NCBI GenBank assembly: GCA_965203325.1
Contig: OZ241875.1
Coordinates: forward strand, 384,001 to 448,000
Direction of reading: 5' to 3'
Length of the DNA: 64,000 bases
Source of the DNA: a bacterium
GTDB taxonomy: Bacteria > UBA8248
The first letter of the stretch is position 1. Every line of letters starts with the position of its first letter. Both the position numbers and the translations under genes were made by a program. Positions 44,282 through 53,881 of the stretch are shown one piece after another. The notes beneath the pieces are model-generated. The model made no database searches. It was given only the letters and a program-made list of their open reading frames with translations, and was not told where the DNA came from.

Positions 44282-44972
44282 CCGGAGCACCCTTTTTCTC
44301 GAGGCTTTCGGCGATCCCCCCGTTTTGCAGCTCCCCGATGGCCGTCATCACGCGGTCGATGATCTCCTGGCTCGCCTCTTTCGTGTTGACGATTGCATAC
44401 GCATCGCTCAAATCCATCGGCGCGCCGAATCGCAACTCGACCCTCGTTCCCGGGCGGGGGATGGTCTTGCCCACCGGAATCACCCGGTCCGTCCCCTTGA
44501 TGGAGACGGGGACGACCGTGGGAGTGGTGTTCCTCACGATCCGGCCCACCATGCGGTTCCCCCGCAGAAGCTGCCCGTCGCGGCTCCGCGTTCCCTCGGG
44601 GTAGAGGATGACCTTCCCCTCTTTGATGTATTCCTCGATCATGCGGATGGATTTCCTGTCGGCTCCGCCGCGCTTGATGGGGAAACCCCGCCATTTGTGG
44701 AGTATCCACCCCACGACGGGGAGATCAAAAAGCTCTTCTTTTCCCGCCTGGCGAAGCAGTTCTTCAGGGTATTTCAGGTAGATGGCCCATGGGATCACCA
44801 GGACATCGAGGGCGGAGACATGATTGCTCAAAAAGAGGATGTTCCCCCCCGGCGGGATGTTCTCCATCCCGGTGATTTTCATTTTGGTGAACAGGCGCAC
44901 CAGAAGACCCACGAAGCCGCGCCCCAGCCGTATCATCACCCGCTCGCTCAATGGACCCGTACCCGCGATCAA
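44274..44972 (-). CDS. Lysophospholipid acyltransferase (PlsC family)
   Basis: NHVSALD (HX4D), FPIKRG, YPEGTRS. Confidence 0.9.
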   Translation of the reverse strand: MIAGTGPLSERVMIRLGRGFVGLLVRLFTKMKITGMENIPPGGNILFLSNHVSALDVLVIPWAIYLKYPEELLRQAGKEELFDLPVVGWILHKWRGFPIKRGGADRKSIRMIEEYIKEGKVILYPEGTRSRDGQLLRGNRMVGRIVRNTTPTVVPVSIKGTDRVIPVGKTIPRPGTRVELRFGAPMDLSDAYAIVNTKEASQEIIDRVMTAIGELQNGGIAESLEKKGAPGE

Positions 44973-45211
44973 CTCGAAAATCTCCCGCCATGCAGAGATG
45001 AAAGTTTATGGAATTTCATGACTTTCAAGGGCCGAACCATCCAGAAGGCGGAGGGCGCAACCGCGCGCGGACGAACGAGGGAGCATTATACCCCCTCATG
45101 ACGGAGAATGACACAAGGCGGGTTCAAAAACGAGGTTGCCCGCCGAAGAAGGGGGTGCAATAATTCGCGCGCCTTGCAGAAAAACGGCCATTCGCCCGAT
45201 GGGAGTCTTGC

Positions 45212-46591
45212 GTGTCCGGCATCAACCCGCTGATCTTCAGGGAATACGACATTCGCGGCGTGGTGGAGAAAGACCTCACCACCGAGGTCGTCGAGACCAT
45301 CGGCGGCGCGCTCGGCACGCACCTGGGCGGCGCGCAGGGGGCCGCCGTCGCCGTCGGGCGCGACAACCGATTCTCCTCCCCCGATTTCTACGACGCGCTC
45401 CAAAGAGGCCTCACCGCCGCAGGCTGCCGCGTCATCGGGATCGGCATGGTGCCCACCCCGGTGGTCTCCTTCGCGACGCACCACCTCGACGTGGCGGGCG
45501 CCGTGCAGATTACAGGCTCGCACAACCCGCCGGAGTTCAACGGCTTCAAGATCACCCGGGGGCGCGAGGCGATTCACGGCGCGGAGATCCAGGAGGTACG
45601 AAAAATCATCGTAGAGGGCCGCATCCACCGGGCCGAGGCGCGGGGCGCGTTCACAGAAGTCGACATCAGACCCCGATACATCGAGCGCGCATCGAAAGAC
45701 CTGAGACTAACCAGACCCGTCAAGGTGGTCGTCGATGCGGGGAACGGGGTCGGCGGCACGGTGGCGCCCCAGGTGTTGAGAAAAATCGGCGCGGAAGTGG
45801 TGGAACTCTTCACCGAGCCCGACGCCTCTTATCCCAACCACCACCCCGACCCCACGGTACCCGAAAACCTCGAGTCCCTGATAGCGAAAGTCCGGGAAAC
45901 GGGCGCCGAGGCGGGAATCGGCCTGGACGGCGACGGCGACCGCATCGGCGCGGTGGACGCCACGGGCAGGATTATCTGGGGGGATGAGTTGCTCATGCTG
46001 CTCGCGGCGCCCATTCTGGCGCGAAGCCCCGGAGAGGCCGTCGTGTTCGACGTGAAGTGCTCATCGCGCCTGGCCGACGCCGTGAAGCGGATGGGCGGGC
46101 GTCCGGTGATGAGCGCGACGGGCCACTCGCTCGTGCGCGCCAAGATCGTGGAGGAGAAGGCCCCTCTGGGCGGTGAACTCTCCGGTCACATCTTCTTCGT
46201 GGACGGCTACCTGGGCTATGACGACGCCATCTACACGGCCGCCAGGCTCCTGCATCTTCTGTGCGATTCAGAAGATACCCTCGCCGAGCGGGTATCTGAA
46301 ATCCCCACGTCGGTCTCCACGCCCGAGATCAGGGTCGCGTGCCCGGACGAGGAGAAATTCCAGATCGTCGAAAACCTAAAGAATCACTTCAAGAATATAT
46401 ACGAAACCATTGAAGTTGATGGCGCTCGAATCAATTTCGAAAAAGGCTGGGGCCTCATCCGCGCCTCGAACACCCAGCCCGTGCTCGTCATGCGCTTCGA
46501 GGCGCTGGACGAACCCTCCCTGCAGGCGTACCAAGGCGAAGTATACGAAGAGATAAAAAAATACCCCGCCGTCTCCCTGCCGGATGCGTAG
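45212..46591 (+). CDS. Phosphomannomutase/phosphoglucomutase
   Basis: FREYDIRG, TGSHNP, DGDGDR, GELSGH, RASNT. Confidence 0.94.
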   Translation: MSGINPLIFREYDIRGVVEKDLTTEVVETIGGALGTHLGGAQGAAVAVGRDNRFSSPDFYDALQRGLTAAGCRVIGIGMVPTPVVSFATHHLDVAGAVQITGSHNPPEFNGFKITRGREAIHGAEIQEVRKIIVEGRIHRAEARGAFTEVDIRPRYIERASKDLRLTRPVKVVVDAGNGVGGTVAPQVLRKIGAEVVELFTEPDASYPNHHPDPTVPENLESLIAKVRETGAEAGIGLDGDGDRIGAVDATGRIIWGDELLMLLAAPILARSPGEAVVFDVKCSSRLADAVKRMGGRPVMSATGHSLVRAKIVEEKAPLGGELSGHIFFVDGYLGYDDAIYTAARLLHLLCDSEDTLAERVSEIPTSVSTPEIRVACPDEEKFQIVENLKNHFKNIYETIEVDGARINFEKGWGLIRASNTQPVLVMRFEALDEPSLQAYQGEVYEEIKKYPAVSLPDA

Positions 46592-47171
46592 CCTCCGCGC
46601 GCTCTACGACTGGGTGCTGAACTGGGCGGATTCGCGCTACGCCCTGCCCGCCCTCATCATCGTATCGGCGACGGAATCCATCTTCTTCCCCATACCGCCG
46701 GACCCGCTCCTGATGGCCCTGGCGCTCGCCAGACCGCAAAGGGCGTATCTCTACGCCGCCGTCTGCTCGGCGTCTTCCGTGCTGGGCGGCGCGCTGGGCT
46801 ACTTTATTGGCTTTTACCTCCTGAAAAGCGTCGGCGAGCCCATCATCGCCTTCTATGGCGTGGCGGATAAGTATCAACTCGTTCAGGAATACTACCGCGC
46901 CTATGACGCCTGGGCGGTCGGAATCGCAGGCTTTACGCCGATTCCCTACAAAGTGTTCACCATTTCGGCGGGCGCGTTCGAGATCGATTTTCTCGTCTTC
47001 CTCATCGCGTCGGCCTTGAGCCGCTCGGCGCGCTTTTTTATCGAGGCCGCGCTCATCCACCGCTTCGGCCCGCCGATAAGAAGTTTCATCGATCGCCGCT
47101 TTAATTTATTGACCATCCTCTTTATCGTATTGCTTTTGGGCGGTTTTCTCCTCTTCAAAGGAATCTTTTAG
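46584..47171 (+). CDS. YqaA/DedA family membrane protein
   Basis: ESIFFPIPPD, SVLGG, AGFTPIPYKVFTI, RSARFF. Confidence 0.9.
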   Translation: MRSLRALYDWVLNWADSRYALPALIIVSATESIFFPIPPDPLLMALALARPQRAYLYAAVCSASSVLGGALGYFIGFYLLKSVGEPIIAFYGVADKYQLVQEYYRAYDAWAVGIAGFTPIPYKVFTISAGAFEIDFLVFLIASALSRSARFFIEAALIHRFGPPIRSFIDRRFNLLTILFIVLLLGGFLLFKGIF

Positions 47172-48286
47172 TGGCCGGACGGAAAACGGCCCCCCTGTGG
47201 GCGGTCATCATGGCGGGAGGCGTGGGAATGCGCTTCTGGCCGGTGAGCAGAAAAGCGAGGCCCAAGCAGTTCCTGCCGCCGGGAGGCGGGGTTCCGCCGG
47301 AAAACGAAGGCCCCTCGCTGCTCGAAATGACGCTGGCGCGCGCGCGCGGCCTCGCGCCGCCCGAACGAACGCTCGTTATGGCTTCGGCGGCGCACCGGAA
47401 ATTGCTCAAAAACATCGATGTCCCAAAACGAAACGTCGTCTATGAACCGGAGTCGAGAAACACCGCGCCCTGCCTCGGCCTGGCGGCCCGCCTTATCGAA
47501 TCGAGAGAGCTGGGCGCTGCGATGTGCGCCCTGCCCGCAGACCAGTTCATCGGGAAGACGCGGGAATTCCGAAAAATCATCAAGGCGGGCGCGCATCTGG
47601 CGAGTGCGGGTGGAACCATCGTGTCGCTCGGGCTGACGCCGCATACGCCCGATACCGGCTTCGGCTACATCGAACGCGGCCAGCGAATCGCGCTTTCAGG
47701 AGAAATCGAGGCGTTCCGCGCAAAGAAGTTTATTGAGAAACCCCCGCTCGCGCGGGCCAGGCGATATGCGGCCTCCGGGAAACACTATTGGAACAGCGGC
47801 ATTTTCATCTCGAAGGCCGCTCACCTTATCGATGAACTGGAAGCCCACCAGCCCCGTCTGAGCGGACTTTTGAACCGGGCGGCATCCGCATTTGACAAGC
47901 GCGACGCCGCCGCTTTCGCGAAATTATGGGTGAAGTGCGAATCCATCAGCATCGATCACGGGGTGATGGAGAAAACGCGCGGCCTCATCGTCTTGCCGGC
48001 CGACGTCGGCTGGAGCGATCTGGGCACGTGGCCCGCCCTCCGGGACGCCTTGCCGCGCGATGAGGCCGGCAACGTCTGGATACTCCCCAAAGGAGGGGAA
48101 GCCAAGACCATCGAAGCGAAGAACCTCATCGTCCGCTCGAACAAGAAGTTCGTCGCCGCACTCGGGGTCGAGGACCTCATCGTCGTCGAGACGGACGACG
48201 CGCTGCTCATCTGTTCGGTCGAGAACGCGGAAAAAATCGGCGAGATGGTAAAGAACCTCAAAGGCAAGGACGCCAGATTCCTATGA
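47171..48286 (+). CDS. Mannose-1-phosphate guanylyltransferase
   Basis: MAGGVGMRFWP.SR...PKQF, RNTAP, FIEKP, WNSGIF, GWSDLG. Confidence 0.9.
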   Translation: MAGRKTAPLWAVIMAGGVGMRFWPVSRKARPKQFLPPGGGVPPENEGPSLLEMTLARARGLAPPERTLVMASAAHRKLLKNIDVPKRNVVYEPESRNTAPCLGLAARLIESRELGAAMCALPADQFIGKTREFRKIIKAGAHLASAGGTIVSLGLTPHTPDTGFGYIERGQRIALSGEIEAFRAKKFIEKPPLARARRYAASGKHYWNSGIFISKAAHLIDELEAHQPRLSGLLNRAASAFDKRDAAAFAKLWVKCESISIDHGVMEKTRGLIVLPADVGWSDLGTWPALRDALPRDEAGNVWILPKGGEAKTIEAKNLIVRSNKKFVAALGVEDLIVVETDDALLICSVENAEKIGEMVKNLKGKDARFL

Positions 48287-48302
48287 ATCACCCACTGGAT
48301 AC

Positions 48303-49115
48303 GTGAACATGCTCTGGGAACACGCCCTCATCCTCGGCGTCCTCCAAGGCCTCACCGAGTTCCTGCCGGTCAGCAGTTCGGGGCATCTCGTTCTGGGCCA
48401 GAGCATTCTGGGGCTGAAAGAACCCGAGTTGTTCTTCGACGTCCTACTCCACGTCGGCACCCTCGCCGCCGTCCTCGTCTTCTACGGAAAAGACCTATGG
48501 CGCATCGCGCGGGGGTGGGTCTCGTCCCTCGTGGGCGGAGATTCAGATGAGGGCGCGGCCAGAACGGGCTGGCTCCTGATTCTCGGCTCGGTTCCCGCGG
48601 GAATCGTGGGCGTTCTTCTGGGCGGTCTGGTCGAGCAGATGTTCGCCTCGCCCAAGCTCGCCGCCTGCGCGCTTCTCGTGACGGGCGGCATCTTATGCCT
48701 GAGCGAACCCGGAGAAGGCGCGGGCCGGGAGGAAGCCGAGATGACGGCCAAAGACGCCCTCATCATCGGCGTATTCCAGGCGTTCGCCATCATCCCGGGC
48801 ATCTCACGCTCGGGAGCGACCATCGCCGCTGCCCTCATGCGCGGGGTGGCGCGCGAACAAGCCGCGCGCTTCAGCTTCCTGCTCTCCGTACCGGCCATTC
48901 TGGGCGCATTCGCGCTCAAGATGAAAGACCTGGAAGGCCCGCTCGGCGGGAAGCTGCTCCCCTACGCGGTCGGCGCGATCGCCGCCGCGGTCGTCGGGGC
49001 AGTCGCTCTCGGCTGGCTCATCCGGCTCGTTCGAGGCGGTAACCTGGCGCGCTTTCGCTACTACTGCTGGGGCGCGGGCGCACTGGCCCTCCTCTACCTG
49101 TTCGCCGCGGGATAG
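48303..49115 (+). CDS. uppP: Undecaprenyl-diphosphate phosphatase
   Basis: GVLQGLTEFLPVSSSGHL, PGISRSGAT, FSFLLS. Confidence 0.95.
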   Translation: MNMLWEHALILGVLQGLTEFLPVSSSGHLVLGQSILGLKEPELFFDVLLHVGTLAAVLVFYGKDLWRIARGWVSSLVGGDSDEGAARTGWLLILGSVPAGIVGVLLGGLVEQMFASPKLAACALLVTGGILCLSEPGEGAGREEAEMTAKDALIIGVFQAFAIIPGISRSGATIAAALMRGVAREQAARFSFLLSVPAILGAFALKMKDLEGPLGGKLLPYAVGAIAAAVVGAVALGWLIRLVRGGNLARFRYYCWGAGALALLYLFAAG

Positions 49116-49125
49116 CGCTTACCGC

Positions 49126-49740
49126 CTAGTGCATGGGTGAGAACGAAGAGGGCACCCAGATTTCCGAATTCTGCGTATCCAGGAACGGACGCGAGCCCGG
49201 AGGCCAGTTCGGCAACTCGTGCGCTTTCTTGCGGATCTCGGCGCGGTGGTTCATGTCCTCATACGCCCAGACGTGAATCCACTCGTTAAGCGGCCCCACG
49301 TCGGTCATGAAGAGCGCCGCCAGCGGGGAGAGTTCTTCCCGCGCCGCGATGTGCTCGGTCCAGCGGCTCAGGACCTCGCCCGTCTTGCCGGGCTGCACGG
49401 TGTAGGTTCTGAACTCATATACGCCGCCATACTGCCCAAGGCGCGGTTCGGGCCGGAACGGGGGCGCCGTCATCACCTTGCTCTCCTGTTCGAGAATCAG
49501 ATGCCCGTTGGGCGGCGGCCACCAGTCCATCGACATCGTCTTCGCCCGCACCTCGGCGCGGTGATCCATGCTCTCGTACTGCCAGATGTGCCTGATGCGG
49601 TTCAGGTCCCCGACCTCGGTATGGAAGAATCCCATGATCGGAGAGACTTCGTTTCTCTTGTCGATGACTTTTGCGAAATTCTCCTCGAACTCGGCCACGC
49701 CGCCGACGGTGAGCCGATAAGTGCGCATTTCGTATATCAT
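49126..49740 (-). CDS. NIPSNAP family protein (two tandem domains)
   Basis: IYEMRTY...HIWQY...R and VYEFRTY...HVWAY...R repeats; ends PSSFSPMH. Confidence 0.88.
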   Translation of the reverse strand: MIYEMRTYRLTVGGVAEFEENFAKVIDKRNEVSPIMGFFHTEVGDLNRIRHIWQYESMDHRAEVRAKTMSMDWWPPPNGHLILEQESKVMTAPPFRPEPRLGQYGGVYEFRTYTVQPGKTGEVLSRWTEHIAAREELSPLAALFMTDVGPLNEWIHVWAYEDMNHRAEIRKKAHELPNWPPGSRPFLDTQNSEIWVPSSFSPMH

Positions 49741-49936
49741 GCAACTTTCCTCCAGGATGGTTGTTGAAAAGGGATACGCCCCGAAGTGTAGGCCGAAGCG
49801 GGCGGGCGGGCAAGGAGGCGAGAGCTATTTCGCACCGAATCGCTCGCACAAGTGCGAGTTGCCCCGGGAAAGAAGCGCTTGTAATGCAGGGCCCGGCCTC
49901 GAAGCGGTACCGCGTCGGGCGCGGTTTCCGGCGGGT

Positions 49937-50452
49937 CTAGGCGAGATCTCTCGGCAGGACGAAGTCGGTGAGAATCGCCGCGCCTTCGCGCAGGGAGGAC
50001 CAGCGCGCCGCGTCGAGCGCGAACGCGGCCAGGGCGGCGGTCGGGAATTTTTCGTCCATACGCCGGCGCATCGGCTCGGGTCCGCCGCCGCAAATCCCGG
50101 CGGCGAGGTCTTCGAGCCCCGGGTTGTGGGCGATGACCAGGACGCAATCCACTTCGGCTTCGATGCGCCTGAGGCGTCTCAGCAGGGTCCCCGCGTCCGC
50201 TCCGTAGAGGCCGCTCTCGATGCGCACGACGGCGTCGCGAGCCAGGCAGGGCAGCATCAGGGCCAGGGTCTCACGGGTGCGCCGGGCGGCCGAGCACAGG
50301 ATGAGGCCGGGCAGCAGGCCGCCATGCGCAAGATGCCGGGCGATCAGCGGCGCCGCGCGGCGACCGCGTGCGTTCAGAGGGCGATCGAAATCGGCCAACC
50401 CCGGTTCCGACCAGCTCGACTTGGCGTGGCGCAGCAGGAAAAGGGTTTTCAT
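49937..50452 (-). CDS. SixA-like histidine phosphatase
   Basis: LLRHAKS, DRPL..RG, CSAARRTRET, IAHNPG. Confidence 0.88.
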   Translation of the reverse strand: MKTLFLLRHAKSSWSEPGLADFDRPLNARGRRAAPLIARHLAHGGLLPGLILCSAARRTRETLALMLPCLARDAVVRIESGLYGADAGTLLRRLRRIEAEVDCVLVIAHNPGLEDLAAGICGGGPEPMRRRMDEKFPTAALAAFALDAARWSSLREGAAILTDFVLPRDLA

Positions 50453-50760
50453 GGCTCCATCCGCCTCACGATGGTTTCATGCGATGCGGGTCATTGTCCT
50501 TCAGCGGTGAAAAAGCGTCAAATAGAGCGCACTCAACGACGACGGCGATTCCCGCACCGTTTGCCATTTTGTTGTCCGCCCACGGAGACGGCGCGCTTTC
50601 ACGTCTGCGGGCGGAGACGCTCTGCGAGACGGATGATCCGGAGCCGGATTTGAAATCGACTCCAGGCGTGTTACCTTGCGCGCTTTGTGTACGCGCCGCC
50701 CGGACAGTCCGACGGGCGCGCCGTGCTTCGACCATTGCTCGAGATGGAGACCGAATTCCC

Positions 50761-51993
50761 ATGAGCCGCGTTGTCACCACCGATACCCATCCCGGTCGTG
50801 GCGCGGTGCTCGCGATGATCGTGGCCGGTTGTCTGATCTCGCTCATCGGATTCGGGATCCGCGGGAGCTTCGGGCTCTACCTCGAGCCGATGACGGTTTC
50901 GAACGGGTGGTCGCGCCAGACCTTCGCGTTCGCGATGGCGATCCAGAATCTGTTGTGGGGCGTCGGCGTCCCGGTCGCCGGGGCCATCGTGGACCGGTAC
51001 GGACCGGCGCTGGTGCTCGCCTCGGGCGCCGTCGCCTACGCCATGGGCATTGCAGGCATGGCGGCCTCGGAGAGCGGACTCGCGCTCCATCTGAGCGGCG
51101 GCATCCTCGTCGGCCTCGGGGTCGCGTTCACCTCGTTTTCGCTCGTGCTCGCCGCCATCGCGCGGGTCGTGGGGCCGGAGCGCCGCTCGCTCGCCCTCGG
51201 CTTCGGCACCGCGGCCGGCTCGCTCGGCCAGGTGATCTTCTCACCGCTCACCCAGGCCCTGATAGCGAGCTACGGCTGGTACGACTCGCTCCTGGTGATC
51301 TCTCTCATCACGCTGGTCATGATTCCGCTCGCGTTCACGCTGCGCGGCGCGGGCAAGGCAGTCGGCGAACCGGAATCGGGCCAGACCCTCAGAGAGGCGC
51401 TCGACGAAGCGATGAGCCACCGCGGCTACGTGCTCCTCACCATCGGGTTCTTCGTGTGCGGGTTCCACGTCTCGTTCATCGTCGTGCACTTCCCCGCCTA
51501 CGTCACCGATCTCGGCCTGCCGCCGCATGTAGGCGCCTATTCGCTCTCGATCGTCGGGCTGCTCAACATCTTCGGCGCGTTCATGTCGGGCGCCGTAGGC
51601 CAGCGGTTCAGCAAGAAGATGAGTCTTTCCGTCATCTACCTGGGCCGGGCGCTGGTCATCGTCGCGCTCCTGATGGCTCCGTCGAGCGCCCTGACGATCT
51701 ATCTGTTCGCGGCGGCGATGGGGCTGCTGTGGCTCTCGACGGTCCCGCTGACCACCGGCATCGTCGCGCAGATCTTCGGGTTGAAATACATGGCGACCCT
51801 CTTCGGCATCGTGTTCCTGGGCCATCAGATCGGAAGCTTCATCGGCATATGGATGGGCGGGGTGCTCTACGATCGCACCGGCTCGTACGACCTGATGTGG
51901 TGGGCCGCCGTGTTCTTGGGGGTGTCCACGGCCATCCTCCACCTGGCCATCGACGAGAAGCCGCTCCCCCGTCTCGCGCTGGAGGAGGGCTGA
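50761..51993 (+). CDS. MFS transporter
   Basis: ~12 TM; AIQNLLWG, GFFVCGFH, WLSTVPLT, HQIGSF; ATG 50761 behind GGAGA. Confidence 0.9.
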   Translation: MSRVVTTDTHPGRGAVLAMIVAGCLISLIGFGIRGSFGLYLEPMTVSNGWSRQTFAFAMAIQNLLWGVGVPVAGAIVDRYGPALVLASGAVAYAMGIAGMAASESGLALHLSGGILVGLGVAFTSFSLVLAAIARVVGPERRSLALGFGTAAGSLGQVIFSPLTQALIASYGWYDSLLVISLITLVMIPLAFTLRGAGKAVGEPESGQTLREALDEAMSHRGYVLLTIGFFVCGFHVSFIVVHFPAYVTDLGLPPHVGAYSLSIVGLLNIFGAFMSGAVGQRFSKKMSLSVIYLGRALVIVALLMAPSSALTIYLFAAAMGLLWLSTVPLTTGIVAQIFGLKYMATLFGIVFLGHQIGSFIGIWMGGVLYDRTGSYDLMWWAAVFLGVSTAILHLAIDEKPLPRLALEEG

Positions 51994-52035
51994 ATGCAGC
52001 CGGGCCCGCCGTCAGGATGAAGGCGGCCGCGGCCC

Positions 52036-53661
52036 CTAGTTCACCCGCTTCTCGCGGCCGGCCCATTCCTTATCGCGGAGGACGAACTTCTGTATCTTGC
52101 CCGTGGCGGTCTTGGGGAGCGGGCCGAACTCCACGCGCTTGGGCGCCTTGAAGCGGGCGAGGCGGCCCTTCACGTGTTCGATGATCTCCTCCTCGCTCAC
52201 CTCCATCCCCTCCTTCTTGACGGCGAATGCCTTGGGCACCTCACCCCATTTCTCATCCGGCGCGGCGACGACGGCCACTTCGAGAATCGCCGGGTGAGAG
52301 GCGATGGCTTTCTCGACCTCGATGGTGGAGATGTTCTCCCCGCCCGAGATGATTATGTCCTTGGCGCGGTCCTGGAGGTCGACGTAGCCGTCCTCGTGCG
52401 CGACGGCGATGTCCCCGCTGTGGAACCAGCCGCCCCGGAAGGCCTCCCCGGTGGCGGCGGGGTTGTCGTAATAGCCGGCCATGACGTTGTTTCCGCGCAT
52501 CATGACCTCGCCCTGGGTCTTTCCGTCCCAGGGAACCGCGCGCATCTCCGGGTCCCGGACCTCGCATTCCCCCGTCATGACGAAGGGGACCCCCTGGCGC
52601 GCCTTGAGACGCGCGCGCTCCGCGGCGGGGAGGTCGTCCCATTCCGGGTGCCAGGCGCAGACGGTGTGGGGGCCGTAGGTTTCGGTGAGCCCGTAGGCGT
52701 GGACGACCCGCGCGCCGAGGTCCTCCTCCATGGTGGCGATTATGGTGGGGGAGGGCGGCGCGCCCGCGGTCATGATGGTGACGGGCTGGGGGAAGGGGCC
52801 CTCCCGGGCGGCGGGGTCGTTCGCGAGGGCGATGAGCACGGTGGGGGCGGCGCAGAAGTGGGAGACCCGCTCCTCGCGGATGAGGCGGAATATCTCGGCC
52901 GGCTGGACGGCGCGCAGGCAGACGTGTCGTCCGCCAACCGCCGTCACGCCCCAGGTGTAGCACCAGCCGTTGCAGTGGAACATCGGGAGGGTCCAGAGGT
53001 AGTTCATGTAGACCGATCCGCCCACCTCGACGATCTCGCCCAGGGCGTTCAGATAGGCGCCCCGGTGGGTGTACATCACCCCCTTGGGGCGGCCCGTGGT
53101 CCCGCTGGTGTAGTTGATCGAGAGGGGCGCGCCCTCCTCGCCGATCTTCCAGGGAAGGTTCTCGTTCTGCGCCGATGCGATGAACGCCTCGTACTCCGGC
53201 CCGTCGAAGACGCCGTCGGAAGGACCGAAACCCGCGGCGGCGTCCACCACGTTCACGAAGGTCCGGACCCCCGGGAGCTTGCTCCGCTGATCGGCGAGGG
53301 GCTTCGCCCATTCGCAGTCGGCGACGAGCACCTTGGCGCCCGAGTGCTCGCAGATGTAGGCGATCTCCTCCGGAGAGAGGCGGATGTTGATCGCCACCAG
53401 GAGCGCGCCCAGCAGGGGAACCGCGAAGTGGGCCTCGAGCATGGCCGGCACGTTGGGGACGACGTAGGCGACCCGGTCACCCTCCCCGACCCCCGCCGCC
53501 TTCAAGGCGGCCGCGCAGCGCTGGACGCGATCGGCGAACTGCGCGTAGGTGTAGCGGCGGTTCCCGTAGACGACGGCTTCCTTGTCTTTGTAGACCCAGT
53601 GGTTTCGCTCCATGAAGTTGAGCGGGCTCAAGGGCGCGAAATTGGCGGACAACTCGGGCAT
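52036..53661 (-). CDS. Acyl-CoA synthetase (AMP-forming)
   Basis: YTSGTTGRPKG, YGLTE, GWFHSGD, DRAKDIIISGGENI, PKTATGK; ATG 53661 behind GAGGAG. Confidence 0.93.
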   Translation of the reverse strand: MPELSANFAPLSPLNFMERNHWVYKDKEAVVYGNRRYTYAQFADRVQRCAAALKAAGVGEGDRVAYVVPNVPAMLEAHFAVPLLGALLVAINIRLSPEEIAYICEHSGAKVLVADCEWAKPLADQRSKLPGVRTFVNVVDAAAGFGPSDGVFDGPEYEAFIASAQNENLPWKIGEEGAPLSINYTSGTTGRPKGVMYTHRGAYLNALGEIVEVGGSVYMNYLWTLPMFHCNGWCYTWGVTAVGGRHVCLRAVQPAEIFRLIREERVSHFCAAPTVLIALANDPAAREGPFPQPVTIMTAGAPPSPTIIATMEEDLGARVVHAYGLTETYGPHTVCAWHPEWDDLPAAERARLKARQGVPFVMTGECEVRDPEMRAVPWDGKTQGEVMMRGNNVMAGYYDNPAATGEAFRGGWFHSGDIAVAHEDGYVDLQDRAKDIIISGGENISTIEVEKAIASHPAILEVAVVAAPDEKWGEVPKAFAVKKEGMEVSEEEIIEHVKGRLARFKAPKRVEFGPLPKTATGKIQKFVLRDKEWAGREKRVN

Positions 53662-53881
53662 GACATGTCTCCTCAAGAAGGCCCGCCGCAGGCCGCGCCG
53701 GCGAACGGCGGCGCCCGGAACGAGGGCGACTTCAAAATGGGAGGCGTATTGTAGCAAAGCGCCCGAAGCCGGGCAGCCGCGCTCTAAGGATGAAATGATT
53801 TTTCCAGGGCATCCGCAATTATTTTTAACCACGCATCATGAGCTTTTCAACAACCCCGCAAGAGCGAGCAGCGGAACCTCC

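Noticed and set aside
50570..50620. Strong hairpin TCCGCCC...GGGCGGA between the SixA-like and MFS genes as a REP element or riboswitch
   Set aside because: Single copy in the window, upstream of the likely MFS promoter, with no recognisable aptamer motif.
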